Shown piece after piece: positions 55,405 through 64,000 of a stretch of DNA of 64,000 bases (within the stretch, counting starts at the first letter, position 1; every line of letters starts with the position of its first letter). A program made the translations under genes and the position numbers. This stretch comes from Candidatus Rokuibacteriota bacterium (GTDB lineage Bacteria; Methylomirabilota; Methylomirabilia; Rokubacteriales; CSP1-6), in NCBI GenBank assembly GCA_003221695.1, contig QHSX01000039.1, positions 93,637 through 157,636 of the forward strand. The letters are read 5' to 3'. The notes under the pieces are model-generated. The model had not been told where the DNA came from and did no database searches. It saw only the letters and a list, made by a program, of their open reading frames with translations.

Positions 55405-55692
55405 ATGGTCGAACAGGTCGTCCCGAAGCCCGAGACCGAGGACGTCGTCGCCGAGGCGGTCGCCCCGCCGTGGATGACGATCCTGCACAACTGCGACTGT
55501 CACACCTTCGAGCAGGTGGTGAAACAGCTCCAGAAGGCCATCGCGTGCAGCGAGGCCGAGGGCTGGGAGATCGCCTGGCAGGTCCACAACACCGGGAAGG
55601 CCGTCGTCAAGATCGGCCCCGAGGCCGAGTGCGTCCGCGTCGGGAACATCCTCGCGTCCATCGGCCTCGTCGTCACCGTCGTCCAGTCCTGA
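55405..55692 (+). CDS. clpS: ClpS-like Clp protease adaptor
   Basis: PPWMTILHNCDCHTFEQVV...AWQVHNTGKAVV...GL. Confidence 0.8.
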   Translation: MVEQVVPKPETEDVVAEAVAPPWMTILHNCDCHTFEQVVKQLQKAIACSEAEGWEIAWQVHNTGKAVVKIGPEAECVRVGNILASIGLVVTVVQS

Positions 55693-55722
55693 GTGGGTCG
55701 GAGCCGGGGGGCGACCAGTCCC

Positions 55723-56886
55723 TCAGTCCGACGCGACCAATGCGAGCACGGCGAAGGCCGTCGCCGCATCGGACATGAACATCCTCCGCCAGGGTTCGCC
55801 TTTCTCGCCACCGTGTTCGCGGTCAAAGTTGAGCGAGTATGCCCGCCACGCGGGGCGGATCCCTTGACTGACCTGAACGTCCTCCTGGTGAGCCCTGAGC
55901 CACTGGACACCCTTTCTCACCACCGGCTGATCGACCGGCACGCCCGCTTCTCTGAGCGTGTACACGATGAGCCCGGTCGCGAAGCCGTCCGCCTTCGCCA
56001 GGAGCGAGGCGTCGACCGTTCCGGGCGCCCGGGCGCGCCAGGCGGGCTTGCTCCACCTCCACGTGCCCAGCGTGTGCAGGGACCAGCCCCCATCGTCCCG
56101 CTGTCGACTCTGGATCTCCGTGATCAGCGCCTCCCGTTGCGCTGGTGTGAGCACGTCGTTCAGCCGAGTCGACGCCAGCAGCAGCCATATCCGGTTGAGA
56201 AGGCTTTGCGCGGCGTAGTGGTCCGCCAGATAGCCGCGCAGCTTGCCGAGGCCAACCGTCGCGTCGGTCGCCTGAGTCGTGGAGGACGCGGTGCCGACCG
56301 CCAGGGCCGCGAGGGTGGCGCCATAATAGGTGGCGTCAACGCTCTCGAACGGCTCGAGTCCGAAATCGAGCCAGTCCCACGCCCCGTCGGACCGTTGGAT
56401 CTCCCACAAGTGCCGGAGGGCCTTTCGTGTGGGCTCGCTGGCATCTCGACGATGGTGCTCGGCATCCGCTCTCGCGAGGATCAGGGCGTTGAGCACGGCT
56501 TCGGTACCACGAGACTCGGTCTTCTTCCGCTCGTCGGAATCGTAGTAGAGCTGATGAGCGTCGTAGGTCTCCACGCGCCTGGTGACGTCCTCGAGCACGC
56601 GCACTTCTTGCGGCGTTGGGCGGCTCACGTGCATCGCCCGCCGCAGGGCGGGCCGCGCGAGCACATACGGGAGGGTCGTGTGACAGGAGACACACGCCGC
56701 CTTACCCTGACCCGTCTGCAGCTGTTTGGCCCTGGCGAGCCAGGTGTCCATCTGCTCGTCCAGATACCTCGCGGCGCCCTCCCGATTCCAGCCGCCACGC
56801 CCGGTGGGGGACTCCTGAGGATCCACCCCGCGCGCGGTGAATCCCAAGAAGAGGGTCGCGACCACGACGGTGAGGGCCAGCCTCAT
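55723..56886 (-). CDS. Exported prenyltransferase/squalene-cyclase-repeat protein with CxxCH
   Basis: Signal peptide; ACVSCHT; QW-like repeats QRSDGAW, QRDDGGW. Confidence 0.75.
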   Translation of the reverse strand: MRLALTVVVATLFLGFTARGVDPQESPTGRGGWNREGAARYLDEQMDTWLARAKQLQTGQGKAACVSCHTTLPYVLARPALRRAMHVSRPTPQEVRVLEDVTRRVETYDAHQLYYDSDERKKTESRGTEAVLNALILARADAEHHRRDASEPTRKALRHLWEIQRSDGAWDWLDFGLEPFESVDATYYGATLAALAVGTASSTTQATDATVGLGKLRGYLADHYAAQSLLNRIWLLLASTRLNDVLTPAQREALITEIQSRQRDDGGWSLHTLGTWRWSKPAWRARAPGTVDASLLAKADGFATGLIVYTLREAGVPVDQPVVRKGVQWLRAHQEDVQVSQGIRPAWRAYSLNFDREHGGEKGEPWRRMFMSDAATAFAVLALVASD

Positions 56887-56908
56887 CGCGCGCGGTCCCG
56901 CATGACGA

Positions 56909-58453
56909 TCACATCACGGGGCCGATGATCCACGGCGCGAACTCCTCCTCGCCGACACCGGAGAGCTCGCTCTTGCTCTTCTTGCCGGACGCCACGGCGA
57001 CGACTTCCTCGAAGATCTGCCGGCCGACGACCGGCAGCGGCGTGCCCTCGAGGATCACGCCGCAGTTGATGTCCATGTCCTCCTCCATGTGGCGGTACAC
57101 GAGGGAATTCGTCGCGAGCTTGATGGACGGCACGGGCTTGCACCCGAAGACCGAGCCGCGCCCGGTCGTGAAACAGATGATGTTGCAGCCGCCGGCGACG
57201 AGGCCGGTGATCGACACGGGATCGTGGCCCGGCGTGTCCATGAAGACGAAGCCACGGGTCGTGATGGGCTCGCCGTAGAGGAAGACGTCCATCATGGGCG
57301 TCGTCCCGCCCTTGGTCACGCCGCCGAGGGACTTCTCGAAGACCGTGGTGATGCCGCCCGCCTTGTTGCCGGGTGCGGGATTGTTGTCCATGGCCTCGAT
57401 GCCACGGCAGTACCACTCCCACCATTTGTAGCGGTCAATGAGCTTCTTGGCGACGCCCTCGTTGATCGCGCGCCGGATCAAGAGGTGCTCGGCGCCGTAG
57501 ATCTCGGGCGTCTCGGCGAGGACGCCGGTGCCGCCGTAGCGCACCAGCTCGTCCACCGCCCAGCCGAGCGCGGGGTTCGCGGTGATGCCGGAGTTGCCGT
57601 CGGACCCGCCACAATTCGTCGCGAGCACGAGCTCCGAGACCGGCTGCCTCGTTCGCCTGGCTGCGTCGGCCCGCGGCAGGAGCTTCGCGACCTCGGCGGC
57701 GGCGCGCTCGACCGTCTTCCGGATGCCGCCCGCCTCCTGGATGTTGACGATGAAGGGCTTGCGCTCGGGGTACCCGGGCGCCGCCATCCGCTGGCGCTCG
57801 ACCATCACGGCCGACTGGTTCACCTCGCAGCCGAGGCCGATCAGGATGTAGGCGGCGACGTTCGGGTGCTTGGCGTAGCCGGCGAGCACGCGCTGGAGCG
57901 CCAGGTGGTCCTCGCCGAAGAGCTTCGTCCCGCAGCCCGATTTGTGCGTGATCGCGAGCACGCCGTCCACGTTCGGGTAGTCGCGCTGGACGTCGCGAAA
58001 CTTGTCCTTGACGAACGCGCTGACGCTCGCCGAGCAGTTCACGCCGGAGATGATCGCGACGTAGTTCCGCGTCCCCACGCGCCCGTCCTCCCGCTTGAAC
58101 CCGTCGAAGGTGCGCATCGCCTCGGGCGGGTAGGGCTCGACCGGGTGCACGTCGGTGCAGAACTCGTACTCGCGCTGGAGCTCGCCGACGGAGAGGTTCT
58201 GGGTGTGGACGTGGTCGCCCGCCTCGATGTCCTGCGTGGCGAAGCCGATGACCTGGCCGTAGCGGCGCACCGGAGCGCCCGTTCTCACCCGTCGCCGTGC
58301 GACCTTGTGGCCGGGCTTGATGTCGTGCCGCACCTCGATCCGCGCGGGACCGTCCTCGAGGATCGTGCCCGTGGCGAGCTCTTTCTTCGCGATCGCAACG
58401 TCGTCTTCGGGCCTCAGCACGATGGCTCGCTCGGTCAGCGGGAATGTCGCCAT
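56909..58453 (-). CDS. UxaA/GarD family sugar-acid dehydratase
   Basis: SAF domain (GHKVA, GDHVHTQN); GTRNY, CGGSDGNSG, NNPAPGNKAGG, FTTGRG. Confidence 0.92.
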   Translation of the reverse strand: MATFPLTERAIVLRPEDDVAIAKKELATGTILEDGPARIEVRHDIKPGHKVARRRVRTGAPVRRYGQVIGFATQDIEAGDHVHTQNLSVGELQREYEFCTDVHPVEPYPPEAMRTFDGFKREDGRVGTRNYVAIISGVNCSASVSAFVKDKFRDVQRDYPNVDGVLAITHKSGCGTKLFGEDHLALQRVLAGYAKHPNVAAYILIGLGCEVNQSAVMVERQRMAAPGYPERKPFIVNIQEAGGIRKTVERAAAEVAKLLPRADAARRTRQPVSELVLATNCGGSDGNSGITANPALGWAVDELVRYGGTGVLAETPEIYGAEHLLIRRAINEGVAKKLIDRYKWWEWYCRGIEAMDNNPAPGNKAGGITTVFEKSLGGVTKGGTTPMMDVFLYGEPITTRGFVFMDTPGHDPVSITGLVAGGCNIICFTTGRGSVFGCKPVPSIKLATNSLVYRHMEEDMDINCGVILEGTPLPVVGRQIFEEVVAVASGKKSKSELSGVGEEEFAPWIIGPVM

Positions 58454-58496
58454 GGCGTTCCTCCGGCCTCTCACTATACCGGATTCGCCAGGCCCC

Positions 58497-58910
58497 TCAA
58501 GGCTCGGCTTGGAGCGGGTGATCGGTCCGGGCGCGCGCAAGCTCGCGGAAGACGTTCTCGTACCCGGGCGGCGAGAGGGTGAACGTCAGCCGAAGCTCGA
58601 CGGCTCCGACGTTCTCGATCGAATGAGAGACGTCGACCGGAACGAACACTGCGGTCTCCGGACCAACCTCGTGCGGGACGTCGCCAACCGTAATCCGCGC
58701 ACGCCCCTGGTAGACGAACAGGATCTCCTCATAGGGATGCCGATGCGTCGGCACGCGCCCGCCGGGCGGCAGGTTCTGCGCGCCCATCGTGAACGCCCTG
58801 GTTCCCGTCGTCCCGGGTTCCACGAGGATCTCGACCGGGCGACCGCCATTCTCGCCGCCTCCGAGCCAGAGCATCTCACCGTTCCCGCGCCGAATGACGT
58901 TGTTCATCAC
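58497..58910 (-). CDS. Cupin domain protein
   Basis: HRHPYEEILFVYQG, HSIEN. Confidence 0.85.
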   Translation of the reverse strand: MMNNVIRRGNGEMLWLGGGENGGRPVEILVEPGTTGTRAFTMGAQNLPPGGRVPTHRHPYEEILFVYQGRARITVGDVPHEVGPETAVFVPVDVSHSIENVGAVELRLTFTLSPPGYENVFRELARARTDHPLQAEP

Positions 58911-58949
58911 TCCACCTCCTCCTCGACTCGTCCCGGAGCAAAAAGATGT

Positions 58950-59399
58950 CTACCGCAGCCCAATCCCCCGAGCCATGAAGCTTGCGACGAACACGATCAC
59001 GACAACGAGGCCCATCTGCACGTGGTTGATGACGTGCAGACGGGGCGCCGCCCCGGTGTCCGGGGCCTCGCCTCGTCGAAGCGCACGCCGCCATCGAATG
59101 AAGGTCACCATCGGCCAGACTTCGAGCAGGACCACCGTCGCGAAAAGTACCATCTTCAGCCAGAACAGCGGCGAGGCGAGGTAGAAGGCGGTCCCTTTCT
59201 CGAGACCCCCGAACGCGCGCGCGAGGCCCGTCGCGAGCCAGAGCGCCGCGGCGATCCCCCAGACGGTGTCGGCGGCGAAGAGTTGCTGGAGCCCCGGGCG
59301 GTCGAGTGGGCCCCTGAGAGCGCGCCCGCGGAAGAAGACGCTCGGCAGGCCAAGCGCGAGCGCAAGGACGTGGAGAGCGGAGACGATCGCCGGGATCAT
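58950..59399 (-). CDS. DUF2214 family membrane protein
   Basis: ADTVWGIAA, EKGTAFY, FWLKM, MARGIG. Confidence 0.85.
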   Translation of the reverse strand: MIPAIVSALHVLALALGLPSVFFRGRALRGPLDRPGLQQLFAADTVWGIAAALWLATGLARAFGGLEKGTAFYLASPLFWLKMVLFATVVLLEVWPMVTFIRWRRALRRGEAPDTGAAPRLHVINHVQMGLVVVIVFVASFMARGIGLR

Positions 59400-59869
59400 G
59401 GTCTTGTCACGGGCCAGCTCGCGACCATCGCCCGAGTCGCCTCAAGCTGCGCCAGGTGTTCGAGGTCGTGGTCGACGAGGTAACGGGCGTAGGCCTCGAT
59501 CGTCAGCGTGCCCCGCGTCGGCGTGGTCCCGATGCGCTGCCAGTCGGCCTCGCCGAGATTCTCCAGGAACGCGACGGTCTGGCGCCGCACCTGACGGAAC
59601 GCCGCGAGATCCCCACCGAAGTCTGGGGAAGCGGGCTTGGCTGGGTCACCTGTCCGATTGGTGGCCGAGGATGGGAACCTGGGGGCCGGCTCGAGCAGCA
59701 TGCGCTTGAGCCGGGGGAAAATCACCTCCCGCTCGCCTACCAGGAGGTGATTCAGAACCTCTGCCATGGACCACTCGCCCTCCTTGGGCCGCCGCGCCAA
59801 CTGGGTCGTTGACAGACCATGGGCGAGGCGCTCTATCCGGTCGGGTGTGGTACGGAGCGTCTCCAGCAA
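59396..59869 (-). CDS. DinB family protein
   Basis: EGEWSMAEVLNHL...HDLEHLAQL; TTG start assumed. Confidence 0.85.
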   Translation of the reverse strand: MLETLRTTPDRIERLAHGLSTTQLARRPKEGEWSMAEVLNHLLVGEREVIFPRLKRMLLEPAPRFPSSATNRTGDPAKPASPDFGGDLAAFRQVRRQTVAFLENLGEADWQRIGTTPTRGTLTIEAYARYLVDHDLEHLAQLEATRAMVASWPVTRP

Positions 59870-59883
59870 TGTGTGGCGTCCAA

Positions 59884-60786
59884 CTATACCGGATTGGACC
59901 CCTGGATGCGCAGCACGACGGGCGGCTCGGTCTCGAGTTGAACCGTGGTGTGGTCGATGCCGAACCGTGCGTGCAGGACCGCGTGCAGCTCGCGGAGCAG
60001 CCGGTCGCTCTCGCCGACGTCCGCGACGACCACGTGGGCGCTCATCGCCTCGCGCCCCGACGTCAGCGTCCACACGTGCAGGTCGTGCACGCGCCGCACG
60101 CCGTCCACGCGGACGATCGCCGCCTCGACCTCCGCGAGGTCGAGGTGCGTCGGCGTCCCCTCGAGCAGGACGTTGACCGCCTGGAGCAGGAGCCCCCACG
60201 TGCGCGGCAGGATGATGAGCGCGATCGCGACGGACGCGAGCGGATCCGCGAGGGCCCAGCCGGTCCCGACGACGACGAGCGCGGCCACGACGACGCCGAC
60301 CGAAGAGAGGGCGTCGCCGAGGACGTGCAGGTACGCGCCCCGAACGTTGAGGCTGCTGCCCGCGTCCGCGTGGAGGAGCCAGGCGCATCCGAGGTTCGCG
60401 GCGAGCCCGACGACCGCGACGGCGAGCATCGGCCCCCCGAGCACGTCCGGGGGCGCCCGCAGGCGTCGGTAGGCCTCCACGAGAATCGCGCCGGCGACGG
60501 CGAGCAGCACGAGCGCGTTGACGAGCGCCGCCAGAATCTCGGCACGGTAGTAGCCGTAGGTCTTGGCGGGCGTCGGCGGGCGGGCCGCGACCCAGATGGC
60601 GAAGAGCGCGAGGGCGAGCGCGCCCACGTCGGTGAGCATGTGGCCCGCGTCCGCGAGGAGCGCGAGGCTTCCCGTGAAGAGCGCACCCAGCACCTCGACG
60701 ACAAGGAACGCGGCCGTGAGCCCGAGCGTCGTGAGGAGCCGACCGCGTGAGCGGGCGGCGGCCGTCGGCCGGTCCGCGTGCGCCAT
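59884..60786 (-). CDS. Cation diffusion facilitator (CzcD/ZitB-like)
   Basis: SLALLADAGHMLTD, HVLGD, HDLHVW, HTTVQLE. Confidence 0.93.
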   Translation of the reverse strand: MAHADRPTAAARSRGRLLTTLGLTAAFLVVEVLGALFTGSLALLADAGHMLTDVGALALALFAIWVAARPPTPAKTYGYYRAEILAALVNALVLLAVAGAILVEAYRRLRAPPDVLGGPMLAVAVVGLAANLGCAWLLHADAGSSLNVRGAYLHVLGDALSSVGVVVAALVVVGTGWALADPLASVAIALIILPRTWGLLLQAVNVLLEGTPTHLDLAEVEAAIVRVDGVRRVHDLHVWTLTSGREAMSAHVVVADVGESDRLLRELHAVLHARFGIDHTTVQLETEPPVVLRIQGSNPV

Positions 60787-61647
60787 GACGCGGATCGTAA
60801 CAGGTTCCTGCTACAATCGAGCATCCACCACGACCGTTCGCTCGTGCTGCACGGCCAGCAGTTTCACTTCTTGGACTGGGGAGCCCCCACGGCGCCCGCC
60901 GTGGTGCTGCTCCACGGGATCACCGGTCACGCCCGGTCCTGGGACGACGAGGCGCGCACGCTCGCCGCCGGCTACCGGGTTCTGGTCCTCGACCAGCGCG
61001 GTCACGGCGACTCGGACCCGGCCCCCGACGGCGACTACACGGTGACAACGATGGCGGGCGACCTGACGGCCTTCGTCGACACGGTCGGGCTCCCGCGCAT
61101 CTCGCTCGTCGGGCTCTCGATGGGCGGGCGCGTGGCCATCGCCTTCGCCGGCACCCACGCCCGGCGAGTGGAGCGCCTCGTGATCGTGGACATCGGCCCC
61201 GAGATCGCGCCGGCCGGCCGCCTGCGTGTCGGCTCGCTGATGGCACAGACGCCCGAGCGCTTCGACGACCTCGAGGCGGCCCTCGCGTGGGCGCGGGCGA
61301 CGAATCCCCGTTACACCGACGCGATGCTCCGCCACCGGGTCGCCCACGGAACGCGCCCGAGCCAGGGTGGCCTCGTCTGGAAGTACGATCACGCGATCCG
61401 CGACGCCGTCCGCTCGGGACAGTGGCGCGATCCCGTGGACCTCTGGCCGCTCTGGAGCGCGATCGCTTGCCCGACGCTCATCGTGCGAGGCGCCGAGTCC
61501 GACGTGCTCGCGCCGGAGACCGCCAAGCGGATGCTCACGACGAATCCCCTCGCGCGGCTCGTCGAGGTGGTGGGCGCGGGCCATACGGTGCCGGGCGACC
61601 AGCCCGCCGCGTTCCAGCAGCTGCTCACCGAATTCCTCGGCGCTTGA
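60778..61647 (+). CDS. Alpha/beta hydrolase (start uncertain)
   Basis: LLHG, DQRGHGDS, GLSMGG, GAGH. Confidence 0.9.
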   Translation: MRHDADRNRFLLQSSIHHDRSLVLHGQQFHFLDWGAPTAPAVVLLHGITGHARSWDDEARTLAAGYRVLVLDQRGHGDSDPAPDGDYTVTTMAGDLTAFVDTVGLPRISLVGLSMGGRVAIAFAGTHARRVERLVIVDIGPEIAPAGRLRVGSLMAQTPERFDDLEAALAWARATNPRYTDAMLRHRVAHGTRPSQGGLVWKYDHAIRDAVRSGQWRDPVDLWPLWSAIACPTLIVRGAESDVLAPETAKRMLTTNPLARLVEVVGAGHTVPGDQPAAFQQLLTEFLGA

Positions 61648-62780
61648 CCGCGCCGCAGCGCCTCTTGTGGCTCGGCGCCTTCGCCTTCTTCCTGTCCTTC
61701 TTCCTGCTGCTCGCGGTCCTGCCCCTCTACGCCCGCGCGGTCGGCGTCGGCGACCGAGCGATCGGCGGGGTGCTGGGCGCCTTCGCCTTCGCGTCGATGC
61801 TGATGCGGCCCTGGGCGGGCTGGGCCGCCGATCGCCACGGGCGCCGCCCCCTGATGCTGGCGGGCGGGCTCGTCTTCGTCGTGGCCTCGCTCGCCTATAA
61901 CGTGACCGCCGGCGCGTTCGGGCTCCTCGCCGTGCGCGTGCTCCACGGCTGCGGCATGGGGCTCTACCCCACGGCGGCCAGCGCGGTCGTCGCCGACCTC
62001 GCCCCGCCCGACCGTCGCGGCGCCGTGATGGGGACCTTCGGCGCCGCGGCGAACATCGCGATGGCCCTGGGGCCGATCGCGGGGATCGCGATCACCGACC
62101 GGCTGGGCTTCGTCTCCGTCTTCTGGCTCGCCGGCTGCGTCGCCGCCGTCGCGGTGCTCCTGACCCGGCGCCTGCCCGAGACGGCGCGGCGCCGCGAAAA
62201 GATCCCCTTCACGCCGGGGGCGATGGTGAGTGTCGAGGCCCTCGTCCCCTCCGCGGTCCTCTTCCTGGTGATGCTGGGCTACGGTGCCCTCGTGACGTTC
62301 CTGCCGATCCACGCCCGGGATCAGGACGTGAATCCCGGGCTCTTCTTCCTCGTCTTCGCGCTCGTCGTGACCGCCGTCCGCAACTACGCCGGTCGGCTCT
62401 CGGACCGGCTCGGACGCGTCGCCGTCGCCGTCGGCGGGCTCTGGCTGGCGGCGGCTGCCCTCGCCGCCCTGGCGGTCGCGCGCGGCGCCGGGATCCTCAT
62501 GGCTGCCGGCGTCCTCTACGGCGCCGGCTTCGGCGCGCTGACGACAGCCCTGCTGGCCTGGTGCGTGGACCTGGTGGACGAGGCGAACCGGGGCCGCGCG
62601 ATGGGTACCTACTACACCGCGCTCGAGCTCGGCATCGGGCTCGGATCGCTCGGCGCCGGCTTCGCCGTGGAGGCGGTCGGCTTCGCGCCGACCTTCTTCG
62701 GTGCCGCGGCCACGACGCTCACCGGCGCGGCGCTCGCGTTGAGCCGCCGGCCAGCACGTCCCGAGGCCGCCGCCCGGTGA
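61644..62780 (+). CDS. MFS transporter
   Basis: GWAADRHGRR, GRLSDRLGR; TTG overlaps the upstream stop. Confidence 0.9.
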   Translation: MTAPQRLLWLGAFAFFLSFFLLLAVLPLYARAVGVGDRAIGGVLGAFAFASMLMRPWAGWAADRHGRRPLMLAGGLVFVVASLAYNVTAGAFGLLAVRVLHGCGMGLYPTAASAVVADLAPPDRRGAVMGTFGAAANIAMALGPIAGIAITDRLGFVSVFWLAGCVAAVAVLLTRRLPETARRREKIPFTPGAMVSVEALVPSAVLFLVMLGYGALVTFLPIHARDQDVNPGLFFLVFALVVTAVRNYAGRLSDRLGRVAVAVGGLWLAAAALAALAVARGAGILMAAGVLYGAGFGALTTALLAWCVDLVDEANRGRAMGTYYTALELGIGLGSLGAGFAVEAVGFAPTFFGAAATTLTGAALALSRRPARPEAAAR

Positions 62781-63522
62781 CCGGAATGCTGTAGGGGATG
62801 TCGAAGAGCCACCGTACCCACGCCTGCGAGCGCCGGCCCGCGGGCCAGGCCAGCGCGCGCTGGAGATCGGTGATCGTGAGCCGGATCCACGCCCTCCAGA
62901 CGTCGAGCTCGCCGGGCGGGACGATCCGGACGAGCCGCCAGACGAGCCGACCGCTCGGCCCGAGATCCGCCGCCACCGGCTCGTCGCCACGCGCCATCGG
63001 CGACAGGACGCGCTCGACGATCCACAGGTGCGTTCGGATGATCAGTCGACGGCGTACCTCGGGCTCGACCGCCAGCCAGCACGGCGCCATGTCGCGGTAC
63101 CAGTCGAGCAGCGTCGAGGAGATCGGCGGGGCGCCGGGCAGGCGTTCCTCGCCGCCCGCGCGCGGCGGGGACACGGCCGACGGCTCGCGGTCGACCAGGC
63201 GCGCGCCGACAATGTCGGAGAGCTGCGCGCAGCGCTCCGGGTCGCCGAGGTAGCGGCAGAGCCAGCCCGTCAAGACCGCGGCGACGTCCGCGAGTTGCCG
63301 CCACTGGAGCACGGACACATCGTCGGTGACGCCCGCCGCGCGGAGGCTCGTCACCACCGCGCGGGCGGCGCGCCGGGTCTCGTTGAACCAGCGCCCACGC
63401 TCCTCGTGGAGCGGGACGAGCGTCTGTCGGAGCAACAGCGCCAGCCCCCCGTCGGGCGCTTCGTAGATCGCCACGAGGTCGGGATGCCGCCGGCACACCG
63501 ACGCGAGCTCACCGTTCCACAT
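62719..63522 (-). CDS. Hypothetical protein
   Basis: 267 aa ORF starting 4 nt after the protease stop; protein-like composition, no recognised motif. Confidence 0.55.
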   Translation of the reverse strand: MWNGELASVCRRHPDLVAIYEAPDGGLALLLRQTLVPLHEERGRWFNETRRAARAVVTSLRAAGVTDDVSVLQWRQLADVAAVLTGWLCRYLGDPERCAQLSDIVGARLVDREPSAVSPPRAGGEERLPGAPPISSTLLDWYRDMAPCWLAVEPEVRRRLIIRTHLWIVERVLSPMARGDEPVAADLGPSGRLVWRLVRIVPPGELDVWRAWIRLTITDLQRALAWPAGRRSQAWVRWLFDIPYSIPVTGRRPRDVLAGGSTRAPRR

Positions 63523-63526
63523 GGCC

Positions 63527-64000
63527 TCAGGACTCCACGGCGATATAGAGGTCGCCGCCGTTCCGGTGCACGAAGAAGAGGACGGGCGCGCCGGGCCTGA
63601 CGCCGGCGAGCTCCCGCTCGAGGTCGTCCACGCTCTGCACGGGCTTCTTATCGATCTCGGCGATCACGTCGCCGGGCTGGACGCCGGCGCTCGCGGCGGG
63701 ACTGCCGTCCTCCACGCCGCTCACCAGGACTCCTTGCTGCGCCGGCAGGCCGAGCTGCGCCGCGAGCTCCCGCGTCACGGTCTGCACGGCGATGCCGAGC
63801 GAAGGCCTCCCGCCGGTCTGGGCGGTTCGCTGCTCTTCCGGCTCCGCGAGCTTCACAATCATGGCCCGGAGGGTGAGCGTCTTGCCGTCGCGCACCACGG
63901 TCAGCGGGACGTCACGGCCGAGCAGCGTCTCGCCCACCAGGCGCGGCAGCTCGTCGGAGCGGGCGAGCCTCCTCCCGTCGTACTCGACGATGACGTCGCC
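63527..64000 (-). CDS. C-terminal PDZ domains of a DegP/DegQ (HtrA) protease, truncated by the window edge
   Basis: SLGIAVQ, GVLVSGVEDGSPAASAGVQPGDVI; the frame runs off the window end. Confidence 0.85.
   Translation of the reverse strand, partial: GDVIVEYDGRRLARSDELPRLVGETLLGRDVPLTVVRDGKTLTLRAMIVKLAEPEEQRTAQTGGRPSLGIAVQTVTRELAAQLGLPAQQGVLVSGVEDGSPAASAGVQPGDVIAEIDKKPVQSVDDLERELAGVRPGAPVLFFVHRNGGDLYIAVES

Noticed and set aside
1..64000. CRISPR arrays, tRNA (including tRNA-Sec), rRNA, transposases, selA/selB
   Set aside because: None recognised by eye; the Sec insertion machinery must lie outside the window if the selenoprotein calls are right.

Overview
High-GC bacterial window. Gene content (Pup, tandem Tat-type peptide-binding proteins, zinc-ribbon/cyclase/AAA protein) suggests Ca. 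Rokubacteria/Methylomirabilota, but this is only an inference. Left to right it holds: a complete isc operon (iscR-iscS-iscU-iscA-hscB-hscA-fdx-iscX), Glu dehydrogenase, a GalT-like gene, a MoxR/DUF58/vWA/TPR operon, a selenium block (GT4 resembling SenB, selD, LysR, FmdB-type protein, pup), dcd/thrB/ccdA/tlpA, DUF1537-pdxA2 with a peptide ABC transporter and amidase, a UGSC selenoprotein locus, a Liv-type ABC transporter, acyl-CoA metabolism genes and miscellaneous enzymes. The main signal hidden by the ORF track is four in-frame UGA codons at redox-Cys positions, each followed 10-14 nt later by a SECIS-like hairpin: a UxxC glutaredoxin, SelD and two UGSC proteins. One UGSC domain is fused, across the UGA, to an uncharacterised 'GWxDGxPxxPPT' protein whose stand-alone paralogue lies next door. 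This points to an uncharacterised two-component selenoenzyme resembling the GrdB/PrdB catalytic region. The second highlight is an IscS that keeps its catalytic Cys but has lost the PLP-binding Lys and His. All family assignments are from motif recognition by eye; no searches were run. I found no rRNA, tRNA, CRISPR array or transposase.
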